Numbered from the stretch's first letter, positions 10,427-21,116 are shown. The stretch is DNA of 64,000 bases from Spirochaetia bacterium (GCA_963662795.1 OY759746.1:1888001-1952000); one strand, 5' to 3'. Notes: generated by a model from the sequence alone, not told the origin. Translations and numbers: made by a program.

Positions 10427-12223
10427 ATGAGATTACATTCACTAATTATAAAAGGGTTAAGGAGAATATCAAATATTAAGATAAGATTTGGAGACGCCAC
10501 TTTTTTAATTGGACCGAATAATTCTGGTAAAAGTACAATATTATTAGCAATAGAGTATTTATTACAAGCAAGTAAAAGGTTAGATGATAAAGAGTATTTT
10601 TCTATAATTGATGAAGAAACAGGAGAACAAAAAACAGCCACAAATACTATTATTTTAGAAGCTGAATTTCGTAATCTACCTCATGAATCTAAAGAATGGA
10701 GAGGGTTTAAAGGACGCCTTTTTAATTATGACCCAGAAGATACTAGTGAATCAGGAATTTCAATACAATATAGAAAGACTTATGAATTAGGTAATGATGT
10801 TGTGATTGAATTAAAAACTAAAAAAAGAATATTAAATGAAAAGTTTAAAAATTGTAAAAAGCCCCAAGATTACATTAATTTAGGTATAGATACTAAAAAA
10901 GTAAATGAATTGTTTTCTGATCTTGATAAAAATATAACAGTAAAAGAGCAAAAATTATTAGATGAATTAGATGATATTTGGGAGCTTGGAGAGGAAGATG
11001 AATGGTTTAAAAATCCTGGGGGGATTCCAGGTAATGTTTTAAGCCGTTTACCAAGATTTTTATTAATTCCCGCTGATACTGCAGCAAATAATTTAGAAGG
11101 ATCTGGAACAGGTGTTTTAAGTAAAATGTTGACAGAATTATTTGAGGATGTAAGAACAAAATCAGTTAATTATGAAAAAGCACAACATTTCTTGAATGAA
11201 TTAGCAAAAGAATTAGATCCAAACGATAATAATTCTGAATTTGGAAAAATGATTCTGGAATTAAATGATATATTAAAGAATATATTTCCAGAATCAAAAT
11301 TGTATGCTGATACTGATCTAAGTGATCCCGATAAAGTTTTAAAACCAACTTTTAGCGTTGAAATGTCAAGTAATGTAAGAACGACAGTTAATCGACAAGG
11401 AACAGGTATGATTAGATCTGCGGCTTTTGGTATTCTGCGCTATAGGCAAAAATGGATATCAAAAAGAAATTGTGATGAGTATAGATCCTTGATAGTTGCA
11501 TTTGAAGAGCCTGAATTATATCTTCACCCAAGTGCGGCAAATCAAATGAGAAATACAATTTATACTTTAAGTGGGTGCGATTCTCAAATAGTGGCAACAA
11601 CTCATTCTCCATATATGATAGATCTTTCAAGAAAGCCAAGACAAATACTCAATAGATTATTTTTTAAAAATGGTAATATAGAATGTATTCCATTTAATGT
11701 AAGTCGCGCATTTAAAATCTTACATGAAAATGATAAAACTTATGTTAAATTACTTTTAAAAATAGATGATTATCTTTCAAGAGTTTTTTTTACTAATAAA
11801 GTTGTTGTTGTTGAAGGAGATACAGAAGATATAGTAATTAGAGAAGCATTATCACGTCTCCCAGAAGATATTAGGACATCGATTTATGTTAATTATGAAG
11901 TAGTTAAAGCAAGAGGTAAAGCAACAATAATTGGATTGATTAAATACCTAAATGCTTTAGATATCCATCCTATAATTATTCATGATAGAGACAAAGGTGT
12001 TGAAGGTGCTGAAAAATATAATAAGGTAATATCAGAATTAATTAATGAAAAAAGCAAAATATTTGTTTTAGAAGAGTGTATAGAAGATATTCTTGGATAT
12101 AGTGCTCCATCAACAGAAAAACCTTATACTGCGTTTGAGTATTTAATTAAAAGAGGTAATGAATGGGAAAAATTACCTGAAAAATTAAAAGAATTATTAA
12201 AAAATGTATTTAATGAAATATGA
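10427..12223 (+). CDS. OLD-family ATP-dependent nuclease (ABC ATPase + TOPRIM)
   Basis: GPNNSGKS, QGTG, FEEPELYLHP, TTHSPY, VVVEGDTE, HDRD motifs. Confidence 0.85.
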   Translation: MRLHSLIIKGLRRISNIKIRFGDATFLIGPNNSGKSTILLAIEYLLQASKRLDDKEYFSIIDEETGEQKTATNTIILEAEFRNLPHESKEWRGFKGRLFNYDPEDTSESGISIQYRKTYELGNDVVIELKTKKRILNEKFKNCKKPQDYINLGIDTKKVNELFSDLDKNITVKEQKLLDELDDIWELGEEDEWFKNPGGIPGNVLSRLPRFLLIPADTAANNLEGSGTGVLSKMLTELFEDVRTKSVNYEKAQHFLNELAKELDPNDNNSEFGKMILELNDILKNIFPESKLYADTDLSDPDKVLKPTFSVEMSSNVRTTVNRQGTGMIRSAAFGILRYRQKWISKRNCDEYRSLIVAFEEPELYLHPSAANQMRNTIYTLSGCDSQIVATTHSPYMIDLSRKPRQILNRLFFKNGNIECIPFNVSRAFKILHENDKTYVKLLLKIDDYLSRVFFTNKVVVVEGDTEDIVIREALSRLPEDIRTSIYVNYEVVKARGKATIIGLIKYLNALDIHPIIIHDRDKGVEGAEKYNKVISELINEKSKIFVLEECIEDILGYSAPSTEKPYTAFEYLIKRGNEWEKLPEKLKELLKNVFNEI

Positions 12224-12269
12224 AATCGTAAAAGTACATCCTTGTACTTTTACGAAAGCCGAACACAGC

Positions 12270-12463
12270 ATCTAACAGCGATTATTTCGCTGCGCTCCCT
12301 ATGGTCGCTTGGGCTCCTGCCAGTCGAACTGGCAGATCGCCATATTTTGTTTTCATAAAACTGAAACAACATGTATTTTATGCTTTTCAAGATTTAAAAA
12401 AAACTAAATAAAAGTATTTTATAGTTTAGCCACAAAACATCGAATAATCGCGGGACGTTATCC
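12270..12463 (+). repeat. attC-like site 6 (AGCGATTATT core)
   Basis: ATCTAAC...GTTATCC. Confidence 0.85.
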
Positions 12464-12581
12464 ACAATGCCCCCACAAGATGCGATCGCCCGGACCTCCG
12501 GCCGACGGGCGAGGATATGCAGTAGGAGTAATATACAGTATAATAGTATATGTTAGAAGAACCATTCGGGCAGAAGAAAAA

Positions 12582-13139
12582 ATGAAAAGAGGACAATTTT
12601 TTATATTGATTTTGTCAATATTACTTATTTCCTGCACAAAGATGGAAAACGATGTAATTCTATTAGTTCCATATAGTCAACAAGAAAAATTAATTAACTA
12701 TTTTACTAAAGCCAGTATTAAAGTAAAAATTGATAATTCTTTGATGACAATTTCTTCTCCTACTGATAATGTATTATTAAACCTTCTTGATTTTCTATTT
12801 ACCAATATATATTTGAATAAAAGTAATTTAAATAATTCAACTACCACAAGAACTCAAGATGGATCATATTATAAAAGAAAATATCTTGAAATACTTCCTA
12901 ATTTAAAATACATAATAAGGGATGATTTGAGTAGCCCAAAGGCAGTATATGACCCAACACATCCGGATGCAATTAAAGAAGGTAAAGACAAAGGATATGT
13001 ATATTATCCAAATATAAATATTGATGATGAGGAAAATGATCTTATCAATAATGTATTTTTATATAATTCAATTCTTGAATACTTAAAAAGTAGAAACATA
13101 CCAGTTATGTCTATAGAAATTGATCCAAATAATATATGA
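12582..13139 (+). CDS. Lipoprotein with FlgC-like C-terminal segment (nested cassette)
   Basis: Probable start MKRGQFF...LLISC lipobox; YDPTHPDAIKEG..GYVYYPNINI resembles the FlgC rod-protein motif. Confidence 0.7.
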   Translation: MKRGQFFILILSILLISCTKMENDVILLVPYSQQEKLINYFTKASIKVKIDNSLMTISSPTDNVLLNLLDFLFTNIYLNKSNLNNSTTTRTQDGSYYKRKYLEILPNLKYIIRDDLSSPKAVYDPTHPDAIKEGKDKGYVYYPNINIDDEENDLINNVFLYNSILEYLKSRNIPVMSIEIDPNNI

Positions 13140-13200
13140 CGAGTATCATAAATATTTCTGAAACTGATAGGAATTAATGTTTTTTCAAATACTAAAAGAC

Positions 13201-13319
13201 TTCTAACTACTTTTACCTGATGTTTTCTTTATCACATTTTGTACTGTCGCTTCGCTTCTGACGCACAAAATGCGCCAAGCCCTTCGGGCACGAAAATACA
13301 GATTAAGCAAATGTAAAAT
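13201..13319 (+). repeat. Degenerate inner attC (second family, ...CAGGTTAAGTAAATGTTA type)
   Basis: TTCTAAC matches the inner start GTTAGAA at 12552; the body resembles 30360-30478 and 60660-60779; R' decayed to GTAAAAT. Confidence 0.65.
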
Positions 13320-13405
13320 ACCAATTACTTAAACAAGGAAATAAGGGAAGAAGTCCGGCCTTGGCTTCCAGCCGTGCGGCCCGGACAAGAAGTGGGGGCA
13401 CTGGT

Positions 13406-13557
13406 GGATAACAGCGGATAATGCGCTACGCTCCCTGCGGTCGCTTGGGCTTCGCCATAAAGCTGTATTTTGTTCTGGTGCAATATGAAAACAACCAGAA
13501 AAGCTGTTTATTGAAAATGATTCGACAGCTTCATCGCTTATCCGCGGGACGTTATCG
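13406..13557 (+). repeat. attC-like site 7 (AGCGGATAA core)
   Basis: GGATAAC...TTATCCGCGGGAC-GTTATCG. Confidence 0.85.
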
Positions 13558-13652
13558 GCAATGGCTGGGCGAAGAGAACACCGCCCGGACCTCCGGCCCA
13601 CGGGCGAAGAAAATATTCAAACCAAAACAATTATTAAATTAAAGGAAGTAGA

Positions 13653-14063
13653 ATGATGATTAAGAATTATTATTATTTTGTAGTAGGATTACTTTCAATA
13701 CTTTTTGCGATTACACATGCACTAAATGGACAAGCTGTAATTTTACCTTCTCTTGAAATTGAATTAATAAGTATAGAAATTAAAACTATATTCTTTTATG
13801 TGTGGCATATAATATCAGCTGAAAACATTTTGTTTGGAATAACTTTTTTAATTATGGCATTTTATAAGAAACAGGGAAAAGTCAGATTTACAGCATTTGT
13901 TATAGCTGGTTTAATGGTTTTACGATGGATTGTAATATTTTATGGAACTTTTATGTATAATCGTTCAGGACTAGGTAATATTACAATCGATACTATCGCA
14001 ATTATAATATTTACTGCCCTTATTCTTCTGGGAACAAGAGTTAAAGATAAAATAAAATCTTAA
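13653..14063 (+). CDS. Four-TM membrane protein
   Basis: Four hydrophobic segments; paralogue at 51521-51917. Confidence 0.75.
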   Translation: MMIKNYYYFVVGLLSILFAITHALNGQAVILPSLEIELISIEIKTIFFYVWHIISAENILFGITFLIMAFYKKQGKVRFTAFVIAGLMVLRWIVIFYGTFMYNRSGLGNITIDTIAIIIFTALILLGTRVKDKIKS

Positions 14064-14132
14064 AAAACTGGATACGCAAGAGCTGAAAATAAATAGAGGT
14101 ATATTTATTATTATGTCAGAGAAGAGGATAAA

Positions 14133-14684
14133 ATGAATACAGCATTGGTAATAATTGATGTTCAAAATGATTATTTTCCTGACGGGAGAAAAGAACTAAA
14201 AGGCAGTCTGGAAGCTTTAGAAAATATTCAAAAAGTTATTAAAAATTGCAGGGAAAAAGGTTATAAAATCATATTTATAAAACATATAGCAGTTAAACTA
14301 AATGCAACTTTTTTTATAAATGGAACAAGTGGAGTTGAAATTCATAAAGGAATAGAGCCCGAAGAAAATGATGAGATCATAATAAAAAATTATCCTAATA
14401 GTTTTCGGGAGACAGATTTAAAAGAAGTTTTAAATAGAAATCAGATCACAGATTTAGTATTTACCGGCATGATGACTCATATGTGTGTAGATACTACAGT
14501 TAGAGCAGCTTTTGATTTAGGATATAGCAGTATTTTAATTTCAGATTGCTGTGCAACTTTAGATTTAGCCTATGGAAATGAAATTATTAAAGCAAAAGAA
14601 GTTCAAAATGTATTTCTTGCAGCTTTGAATGGAACTTTTTGTAAAATAATGACAACAGAAGATTTTATAAAAGAAAAAGAATAA
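14133..14684 (+). CDS. Isochorismatase-family cysteine hydrolase
   Basis: ALVIIDVQNDYF, K..PNSF, GMMTHMCVDTTVRAA. Confidence 0.9.
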   Translation: MNTALVIIDVQNDYFPDGRKELKGSLEALENIQKVIKNCREKGYKIIFIKHIAVKLNATFFINGTSGVEIHKGIEPEENDEIIIKNYPNSFRETDLKEVLNRNQITDLVFTGMMTHMCVDTTVRAAFDLGYSSILISDCCATLDLAYGNEIIKAKEVQNVFLAALNGTFCKIMTTEDFIKEKE

Positions 14685-14768
14685 ACTCTGGTACAACAAA
14701 GAATTTGTAATAAAAGAAGTCCGGCCTTGGCGGTGCCGTGCGGCCTGGACAAGACGCCCAGCCACAGC

Positions 14769-14939
14769 CGATAACAGAGGATAATGCGCTTCGCTCCCTT
14801 TGGTCGCTTGGGCTTCGCCACACATCGTAGGTTTTGAATTACAACTTCTATAAAAAACAAGTTTTTGAAGCAAAATATTATAACTTCGAAATAATAATTC
14901 TTAGGCTCCGATGCGTCGCTTATCCTCAGGACGTTATAC
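14769..14939 (+). repeat. attC-like site 8 (AGAGGATAA core)
   Basis: CGATAAC...GTTATAC. Confidence 0.85.
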
Positions 14940-15009
14940 GTAATGGCCAGGCAAGAGAAAACCGCCCGGACCTCCGGCCGACGGGCGAGGATATGCAAAC
15001 TATTATTAA

Positions 15010-15525
15010 ATGAGGCTAAATATGCATGAATTATTATTAGAAATCATGATGGTTGAATATCAGAGAGAAATAGAGCGAAAAGCAAAACTTGAAGCTAAAG
15101 CTTTATCTTATGTAACGATTATTTCAATAATAATTTCTACTTCTCTAGTGTTAATGCTTTATTTTACATCTACATCTACATCTACATATACTGGTAAAAT
15201 AGTAAAAGTTTTATATTTTATAATGTTTTTGGGTGTTTTGGATTATTCAGTTTTTACAATAATATTTTCCTTAATCTCTATGAAAATGAGTAAAATGAAT
15301 ATTTTGGATATCAATGAAATAGAATTACTATGGAATAAAGATAAAGCTGATATTGAAGGGTCCGTTTTTAAAACAATAAAAAAAATAATTAAAGAAAATA
15401 GTGATTTTAATAAAAGAATAGAAAATAATAATGAGCTGTCATATATTTATTTATGGATAACAATGGTTTTTTATTTATTACAAATTGGATTTTCATTGCT
15501 TATAATTTTTGGAGGAATTAAATGA
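15010..15525 (+). CDS. Three-TM membrane protein
   Basis: Two N-terminal TM segments and one C-terminal TM segment. Confidence 0.7.
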   Translation: MRLNMHELLLEIMMVEYQREIERKAKLEAKALSYVTIISIIISTSLVLMLYFTSTSTSTYTGKIVKVLYFIMFLGVLDYSVFTIIFSLISMKMSKMNILDINEIELLWNKDKADIEGSVFKTIKKIIKENSDFNKRIENNNELSYIYLWITMVFYLLQIGFSLLIIFGGIK

Positions 15526-15677
15526 AAGATGTAAAAGAAAGTGTTTCTCAAGAAAAAGAAAAGAAACTGACAGAAGAAGAAAAGAAAACTGAAATACCTG
15601 GAAAAATTATGAAGACAGAATTTGTAAATTACAGTGAAAAAAATGATGACAATAATCATGACAATAATGAAATGTAA
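15522..15677 (+). CDS. Small charged peptide (51 aa), translationally coupled
   Basis: GGAGG RBS and ATGA overlap; MKDVKESVSQEKEKKLTEEEKKTEIPGKIMKTEFVNYSEKNDDNNHDNNEM; below the ORF-track cutoff. Confidence 0.55.
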   Translation: MKDVKESVSQEKEKKLTEEEKKTEIPGKIMKTEFVNYSEKNDDNNHDNNEM

Positions 15678-15842
15678 ATAATAATTGTTCTTGCATTTTG
15701 AATTAAAAAAGAATAGAAAGCGTTTAAAATATGAGCATTCAATATTTAATACCGCAAGATAGAATCATATTTTTAAAAATAATATGATGTATAAAACAAT
15801 TAAATTGCAGATATCATTAATAGATTATTATGTACCTGATAT

Positions 15843-17117
15843 CATAGGTGTCCAAAACAAGGACTATTAATTGCCTGAAATCCCAACTATAATGAATTAA
15901 GCTTGGACGGCTAATTCTTTACAGGAAAAGGAAATCAGGCAATGAGTTACAATAATACCATTTTAAAACAAATTCTACAAATAATTCCGAGACATGAATT
16001 TGAAAAATCTGTAAAAAAACATAAAGGGGACTTTGCTTCCAAAGGTTTTACCTGTTGGCAGCATTTTGTCTCCATGCTCTTTGCACAACTTTCAGGACAG
16101 ACCGGGTTAAGAGGCATTGAAAACTCTTTTGAATCAATCAGTAACCACCTTTATCATATGGGTGTAAAAAAGGTAAAACGCTCTACATTATCTTACGCAA
16201 ATAATAATAGAAGCTGTGAAGTTTATGAAAATGTTTTCACTGATCTTCTTGATAAGATATTATCCATGAAGAGAGCGCATAAACATAAATTTAAAAATCC
16301 TCTTTACAGTGTTGATGCATCAACTATTGACTTGTGTTTAAATCTCTTTCCATGGGCAAATTTCAGAAAATATAAAGGCGGAATAAAACTTAATGTAAAA
16401 CTTGACCATAGTGGATATATTCCAGCTTTTGTATCAGTTACAACTGCAAAAACACATGAAGTCAATTCCTTGAAAAAAATGGCTTTCAACAAAGGCGATG
16501 TCATCACGTTTGATCGTGGTTATACTGACTTTAAATTATTCGCAAATTATTGTAATACCGGTATTTATTTTGTTACCAGGTTAAAAAAGAATGCTGATTA
16601 TAAAATTGTCCAGAGAAAAGATACCTCCTCCTTTAAAAATATTACATCTGATCAGATCATAGAAATGAAAGGATTTTACACCAGTAAAAAATGCCCGTTA
16701 AAATTAAGACGAATCAGAAGCAGAGATCCTGAAACCGGTAAATATATTGTAATTCTTACCAATAATTTCCTTTGGTCTCCAACAACAATTGCTGCTGTTT
16801 ACAAAGACAGATGGCAGATTGAAATATTTTTTAAAACTATCAAACAGAACCTCAAGATCAAGAAATTCTTTGGTACTTCCAGAAATGCTGTAATGACACA
16901 AATCTGGATTGCCCTAATTGCTTTTCTGTTACTTCAGTTCCTTAAAATGTTTTCATGTAGAAAATGGACTCATTTTTCACTGATGAAATTGATTCCTGTA
17001 ATACTGACATCAAGAAAAGATATCTGGACTGTTCTCAATAAACCGCCTTCAGAACAGACTAAAAAAACTAGTTTCAATCTTCAACTGGAGCTGTTATGAT
17101 TGTTTTGGACACCTATG
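15843..17117 (+). mobile_element. IS4-family insertion sequence (1275 bp)
   Basis: Perfect 18-bp terminal IRs CATAGGTGTCCAAAACAA / TTGTTTTGGACACCTATG; 9-bp target duplication ACCTGATAT at 15834-15842 and 17118-17126. Confidence 0.93.
15942..17099 (+). CDS. IS4-family DDE transposase
   Basis: DUF4372-like N-terminus, VDASTI, FDRGY, YKDRWQIEIFFK (YREK motif). Confidence 0.92.
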   Translation: MSYNNTILKQILQIIPRHEFEKSVKKHKGDFASKGFTCWQHFVSMLFAQLSGQTGLRGIENSFESISNHLYHMGVKKVKRSTLSYANNNRSCEVYENVFTDLLDKILSMKRAHKHKFKNPLYSVDASTIDLCLNLFPWANFRKYKGGIKLNVKLDHSGYIPAFVSVTTAKTHEVNSLKKMAFNKGDVITFDRGYTDFKLFANYCNTGIYFVTRLKKNADYKIVQRKDTSSFKNITSDQIIEMKGFYTSKKCPLKLRRIRSRDPETGKYIVILTNNFLWSPTTIAAVYKDRWQIEIFFKTIKQNLKIKKFFGTSRNAVMTQIWIALIAFLLLQFLKMFSCRKWTHFSLMKLIPVILTSRKDIWTVLNKPPSEQTKKTSFNLQLELL

Positions 17118-17202
17118 ACCTGATATAATAATTAAATCTAAGTTAATAAAAAGTCCAGCCTTGGCTCCGCCGTGCGGCCTGGACAAGAAGCCTGGCCACT
17201 AC

Positions 17203-17393
17203 GTATAACAGCGATTATTTCGCTGCGCTCCTGATGGTCGCTTGGGCTCCTGCCAGTTGAGCTGGCAGATCGCCATATTTTGTTTTCTTAAAACCGGAAC
17301 AACATGTGTTTTTACTTTTCAAGATTGATAAAACCAAATAAAAATATTTTAGAGTTTCGCCACAAAACATCGAATAATCGCGGGACGTTATAC
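17203..17393 (+). repeat. attC-like site 9 (AGCGATTATT core)
   Basis: GTATAAC...GTTATAC. Confidence 0.85.
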
Positions 17394-17505
17394 GTAATGG
17401 CCAGGCAAGAGAAAATCGCCCGGACCTCCGGCCGACGGGCGAGGAAGAATTAGATGCTTTGTAATTTAATGAATACTTAAGAATTATTTTAAGGAGTATT
17501 TAAAT

Positions 17506-18372
17506 ATGCTATCTGCAGAAATACCCGATATTTTTAAAAGTGATGATAATTTGTTCCATTATACTACGAATGAAGTAGTTCTAGAACATATACTTAATGA
17601 AAAAGTAATTAATATGTCGCCAAGAATAAAATCTATTGATCCAATAGAATCTATCCAAACATCACCTTCAATGCAATTTGCTGATAAAGGGATAAGTGGT
17701 GAAAGACATAAATTATATATGGAAACAAAGTTAAAATTAATTAAAGAAATTGACACCGTTAAGCAAGTTTGTTTTTGCACGAATAATAAATACTTACATA
17801 AGCCTAAGCAGCCTGAATTGGAGTATTATGGATTTTTAAAACCAAGAATGTGGGATCAGTATGGAGAAAAATATAAAGGAGCTTGTATTTCATTTTCATT
17901 AAAAAAAATTAAAGAAAAAACTACCTATCCAAATAAACCTGTAGAGTATATTACCTTTAACGATTTATCTTTGAATAACAAATTGCGTCTTGACGGAAAT
18001 GAATTAGAAAAAATAGGTCAAGAAGCTTATATAAATAAATATATGAAAAATATTGAATCCATGTTTTTTAGAAAACATATTGACTACATTATGGAAGACG
18101 AATATCGTTTTATTTCTTACTTAAAAGATGAAGAAGATTTCATTAATATCGATAATTGTATAAATGGAATAATTGTATCAACAAATGATTTAACTAATTT
18201 TAAAATCAATGCATATAAAGAATATGCAAAGAAATTAAATATTGAAGTACTATTTTTATCTTGGAATGCAAAGGGTATAATAATACAGGATTTAAATGAA
18301 AAAATTAAAAATATAAATGTTTTTGAAGAAATACTTAGTAAAATATCTACTGATAAAAATACAAAAGAGTAG
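17506..18372 (+). CDS. DUF2971-like protein
   Basis: LFHYT, DPIE, VCFC, MWDQYG..YKGACI, K..DY..EDEYR motifs. Confidence 0.7.
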   Translation: MLSAEIPDIFKSDDNLFHYTTNEVVLEHILNEKVINMSPRIKSIDPIESIQTSPSMQFADKGISGERHKLYMETKLKLIKEIDTVKQVCFCTNNKYLHKPKQPELEYYGFLKPRMWDQYGEKYKGACISFSLKKIKEKTTYPNKPVEYITFNDLSLNNKLRLDGNELEKIGQEAYINKYMKNIESMFFRKHIDYIMEDEYRFISYLKDEEDFINIDNCINGIIVSTNDLTNFKINAYKEYAKKLNIEVLFLSWNAKGIIIQDLNEKIKNINVFEEILSKISTDKNTKE

Positions 18373-18452
18373 AATTGTAACTATTACTCGATAGTTTTTA
18401 AAGTCCAGCCTTGGCTCCGCCGTACGGCTTGGACAAGAAGCCTGGCCACTAC

Positions 18453-18606
18453 GTATAACAGCGAATGGCCGGTTCCGGCTGTTTCTAAGGAAGCAGCCTC
18501 CACCCAAATTGCCGAAATAATAAATGTTAAGAATAATGGAATAGAGTATAAACTTTTGAAGTGAAAGACACCATCGGCAACTTCGGTCATTCGCGGGACG
18601 TTATCC
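18453..18606 (+). repeat. attC-like site 10 (AGCGAATG core)
   Basis: GTATAAC...GTTATCC. Confidence 0.85.
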
Positions 18607-18702
18607 ACAATGCCCCCACAAGAGGACACCGCCCGGACCTCCGGCCGACGGGCGAGGATTTTAAATACAAAATAAATACTATTAAAATTATGGAGAATTG
18701 AA

Positions 18703-19560
18703 ATGACAGCTTCTGAAAGAATAAGTATTATTCGTAGTATTTCAACAAAGCTTGGTAAAGAAAATTATGCATTAATTGATTTAACCTTGAAAGAATTTAA
18801 TCTGCCCTATACTAATAATTGGCAAGGATCAGGTACAGATAATTATATAATTGATATGATAAGCGAGGCATCAGATGAAGCTTTGCTAAATATTGCTAAA
18901 CATTTAGGGTTAGCAAATGAATTGCAAAATACTGTTGTGCCAAGTTTTTGGTCTCCAAATGAAGTAAGAATATTTATTAGCCATATCGTAGAAATAAAAG
19001 ATAAAACAAGTAAGTTATCAAAAGAAATTGAAAAATATCATATAAAAACATTTGTTGCACATGTGGATATTGAGCCATCAAAGGAATGGTTGGAAGAAAT
19101 TGAAACAGCTTTATCAACAATGGATGGCATGATTGCAATTTTTTCTGATAATTTTATTAATAGTAAATGGTGTGATCAAGAAGTTGGTTATGCTATTGGT
19201 AGACGTGTTCCAATTGTTCCATTAAAAATAGAAAAAGATCCACATGGATTTGCAGGTAAATATCAAGCATTGCCAATTAAGGGGAAGCCGCATTCAGAGA
19301 TTGCTAATGAAATATTCCAAATAATTTTAAAAAATCCTGTAGTTGGACTTAAATTAACAAGTGTATTAATTAGAAAATTAAAAACATCACAATCCTGGTC
19401 TGAAACAAAGAATCTGTTGAGTCTAATTGAGCTTTCAAAATATATAACAGAAGATCATATTTCTTTATTGAAAGAAGCTATTAATGAGAATTCACAGGTT
19501 AAGGAAGCTTGGGGTGTCCCAGAAAGAATTTTAGAATTAGAATCGAGGTTGAAATCATAA
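18703..19560 (+). CDS. TIR domain protein
   Basis: RIFISH, FVAHVDIEP, SKWCDQEVGYAIGR with the catalytic Glu. Confidence 0.85.
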   Translation: MTASERISIIRSISTKLGKENYALIDLTLKEFNLPYTNNWQGSGTDNYIIDMISEASDEALLNIAKHLGLANELQNTVVPSFWSPNEVRIFISHIVEIKDKTSKLSKEIEKYHIKTFVAHVDIEPSKEWLEEIETALSTMDGMIAIFSDNFINSKWCDQEVGYAIGRRVPIVPLKIEKDPHGFAGKYQALPIKGKPHSEIANEIFQIILKNPVVGLKLTSVLIRKLKTSQSWSETKNLLSLIELSKYITEDHISLLKEAINENSQVKEAWGVPERILELESRLKS

Positions 19561-19701
19561 AGGTAATTAAATATTTGCAAATAAATTAGAATATTATAAA
19601 TGTTTTTTAAAGAATACAAGTGAGTAATTTCATGATATTCAAGAGGTTTTAGTCCGGCCTTGGCTCCGCCGTACGGCCGGACAAGAAGTGGGGGCACTGG
19701 T

Positions 19702-19852
19702 GGATAACAGCGGTTAAAGCGCTGCGCTCGCAAGCTCGCTTGGGCTTCGCCATAAAAGCGCTAATAAATACAGATTAGGTTTGAGATAATCAGTAGAACC
19801 TATTTATTTTAAAGAAAATGCGCCTTCATCGCTTAACCGCGGAACGTTCTCC
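19702..19852 (+). repeat. attC-like site 11 (AGCGGTT core)
   Basis: GGATAAC...CTTAACCGCGGAAC-GTTCTCC. Confidence 0.85.
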
Positions 19853-19993
19853 GAAATACCGCCCTAAGAGAACATCGCCCGGACCTTCGGCCGACGGGCG
19901 AGAGAATGATTACTTGAATAAAATTATTCAAACTTTTGTATAAATATAATTTTGTTATGATATGAATGATTTTTTAAGGAAAAAGGAATATTA

Positions 19994-20887
19994 ATGAATA
20001 ATCTTGAAAGATTAAGATTAGTATCACAAATTGCTTTAAAATTACAAGAAAATTATACTACATCGCAAATCAATATTTTCTTAACCGGTTTTGGCATTCA
20101 AAATACTGGCGAAACAATAGTACCGTCAAAAAGAGTTTATGTTGAAAATAAGCTTTCGAATATATCAGAAAAAATAATATTATCAATTGCAAAAGAACTG
20201 GAAATAGAAATTAAAAACAAAGTTGATAATAATTCTAAACATGAATTATTAGATGTTAAAGAGAGAATTGTTGAATATCTTTTGATTTTGGATGTACCAA
20301 CAATTGATTTAATTTTAGATGAATATAAAGCACCAACTCATTATTATGGTGATTTTGATGATAAAAAAAGTTATTGTAAATTTAAAATATCCGAGTTAGA
20401 AACAATTGAATTAAATGATTTATTAGAATATTTGCAAAAAAGAAAAAACAAAGTAAACAATCCTGGATTTTGGGTAGAAAATAAAATTAGAATATTTATT
20501 AGTCATTTAGCTAAAGATAAAAAGAAAGCAAGTATGTTGGCTTCAGAATTATTAAAATATGATTTAACATCATTTGTTGCTCATGAAGATATTGAACCAA
20601 ACGAAGAATGGTTGGTAAAAATTGAAGAAGCATTAATGACAATGGATGTATTATTAGTTTTAATAACTGAAGGATTTAAAGAAAGTAATTGGACTGCACA
20701 AGAAATTGGATTTGCCTTAGGACGTGGTGTTCCTGTAATTTCAATTAAAAATGGAATGGATTCATTTGGATTTTTTGGAAAAAGGCAAGCTGTAGTCGGA
20801 ACCGGAAGAATTGCTAAAGATATTATAAGAGATGTTGTAGAAATAATAAAAAAACTTCCAGAATTTCAAGATAGAATATCAAGATGA
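19994..20887 (+). CDS. TIR domain protein with duplicated helical N-terminal domain
   Basis: RIFISH, FVAHEDIEP, SNWTAQEIGFALGR. Confidence 0.85.
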   Translation: MNNLERLRLVSQIALKLQENYTTSQINIFLTGFGIQNTGETIVPSKRVYVENKLSNISEKIILSIAKELEIEIKNKVDNNSKHELLDVKERIVEYLLILDVPTIDLILDEYKAPTHYYGDFDDKKSYCKFKISELETIELNDLLEYLQKRKNKVNNPGFWVENKIRIFISHLAKDKKKASMLASELLKYDLTSFVAHEDIEPNEEWLVKIEEALMTMDVLLVLITEGFKESNWTAQEIGFALGRGVPVISIKNGMDSFGFFGKRQAVVGTGRIAKDIIRDVVEIIKKLPEFQDRISR

Positions 20888-20946
20888 AAGATTAGTCCAG
20901 CCCTTGCCTCCGGCCTATCGGTCTGGACAAGAAAGGGCGGTACTTC

Positions 20947-21116
20947 CGAGAACAGAGGATAATGCGCTTCGCTCCCTTTGGTCGCTCGGGCTTCGCCACA
21001 CATCGTAGGCTTTGAACCACAATTTCTATAAACAACAAGTTTTGGAAGAAATTATTACAACTTCGAAATATTCATTCTTGGGCTACGATGCGTCGCTTAT
21101 CCTCAGGACGTTATAT
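20947..21116 (+). repeat. attC-like site 12 (AGAGGATAA core)
   Basis: CGAGAAC...GTTATAT. Confidence 0.85.

Noticed and set aside
13350-13412. Hairpin-ribozyme-like AGTC...AGAA and GTAATTAC motifs in cassette tails
   Set aside because: GTCC is paired with GGAC rather than facing AGAA, no consistent loop B partner was found, and GNA triloops favour a DNA structure; a covariance-model search would settle it
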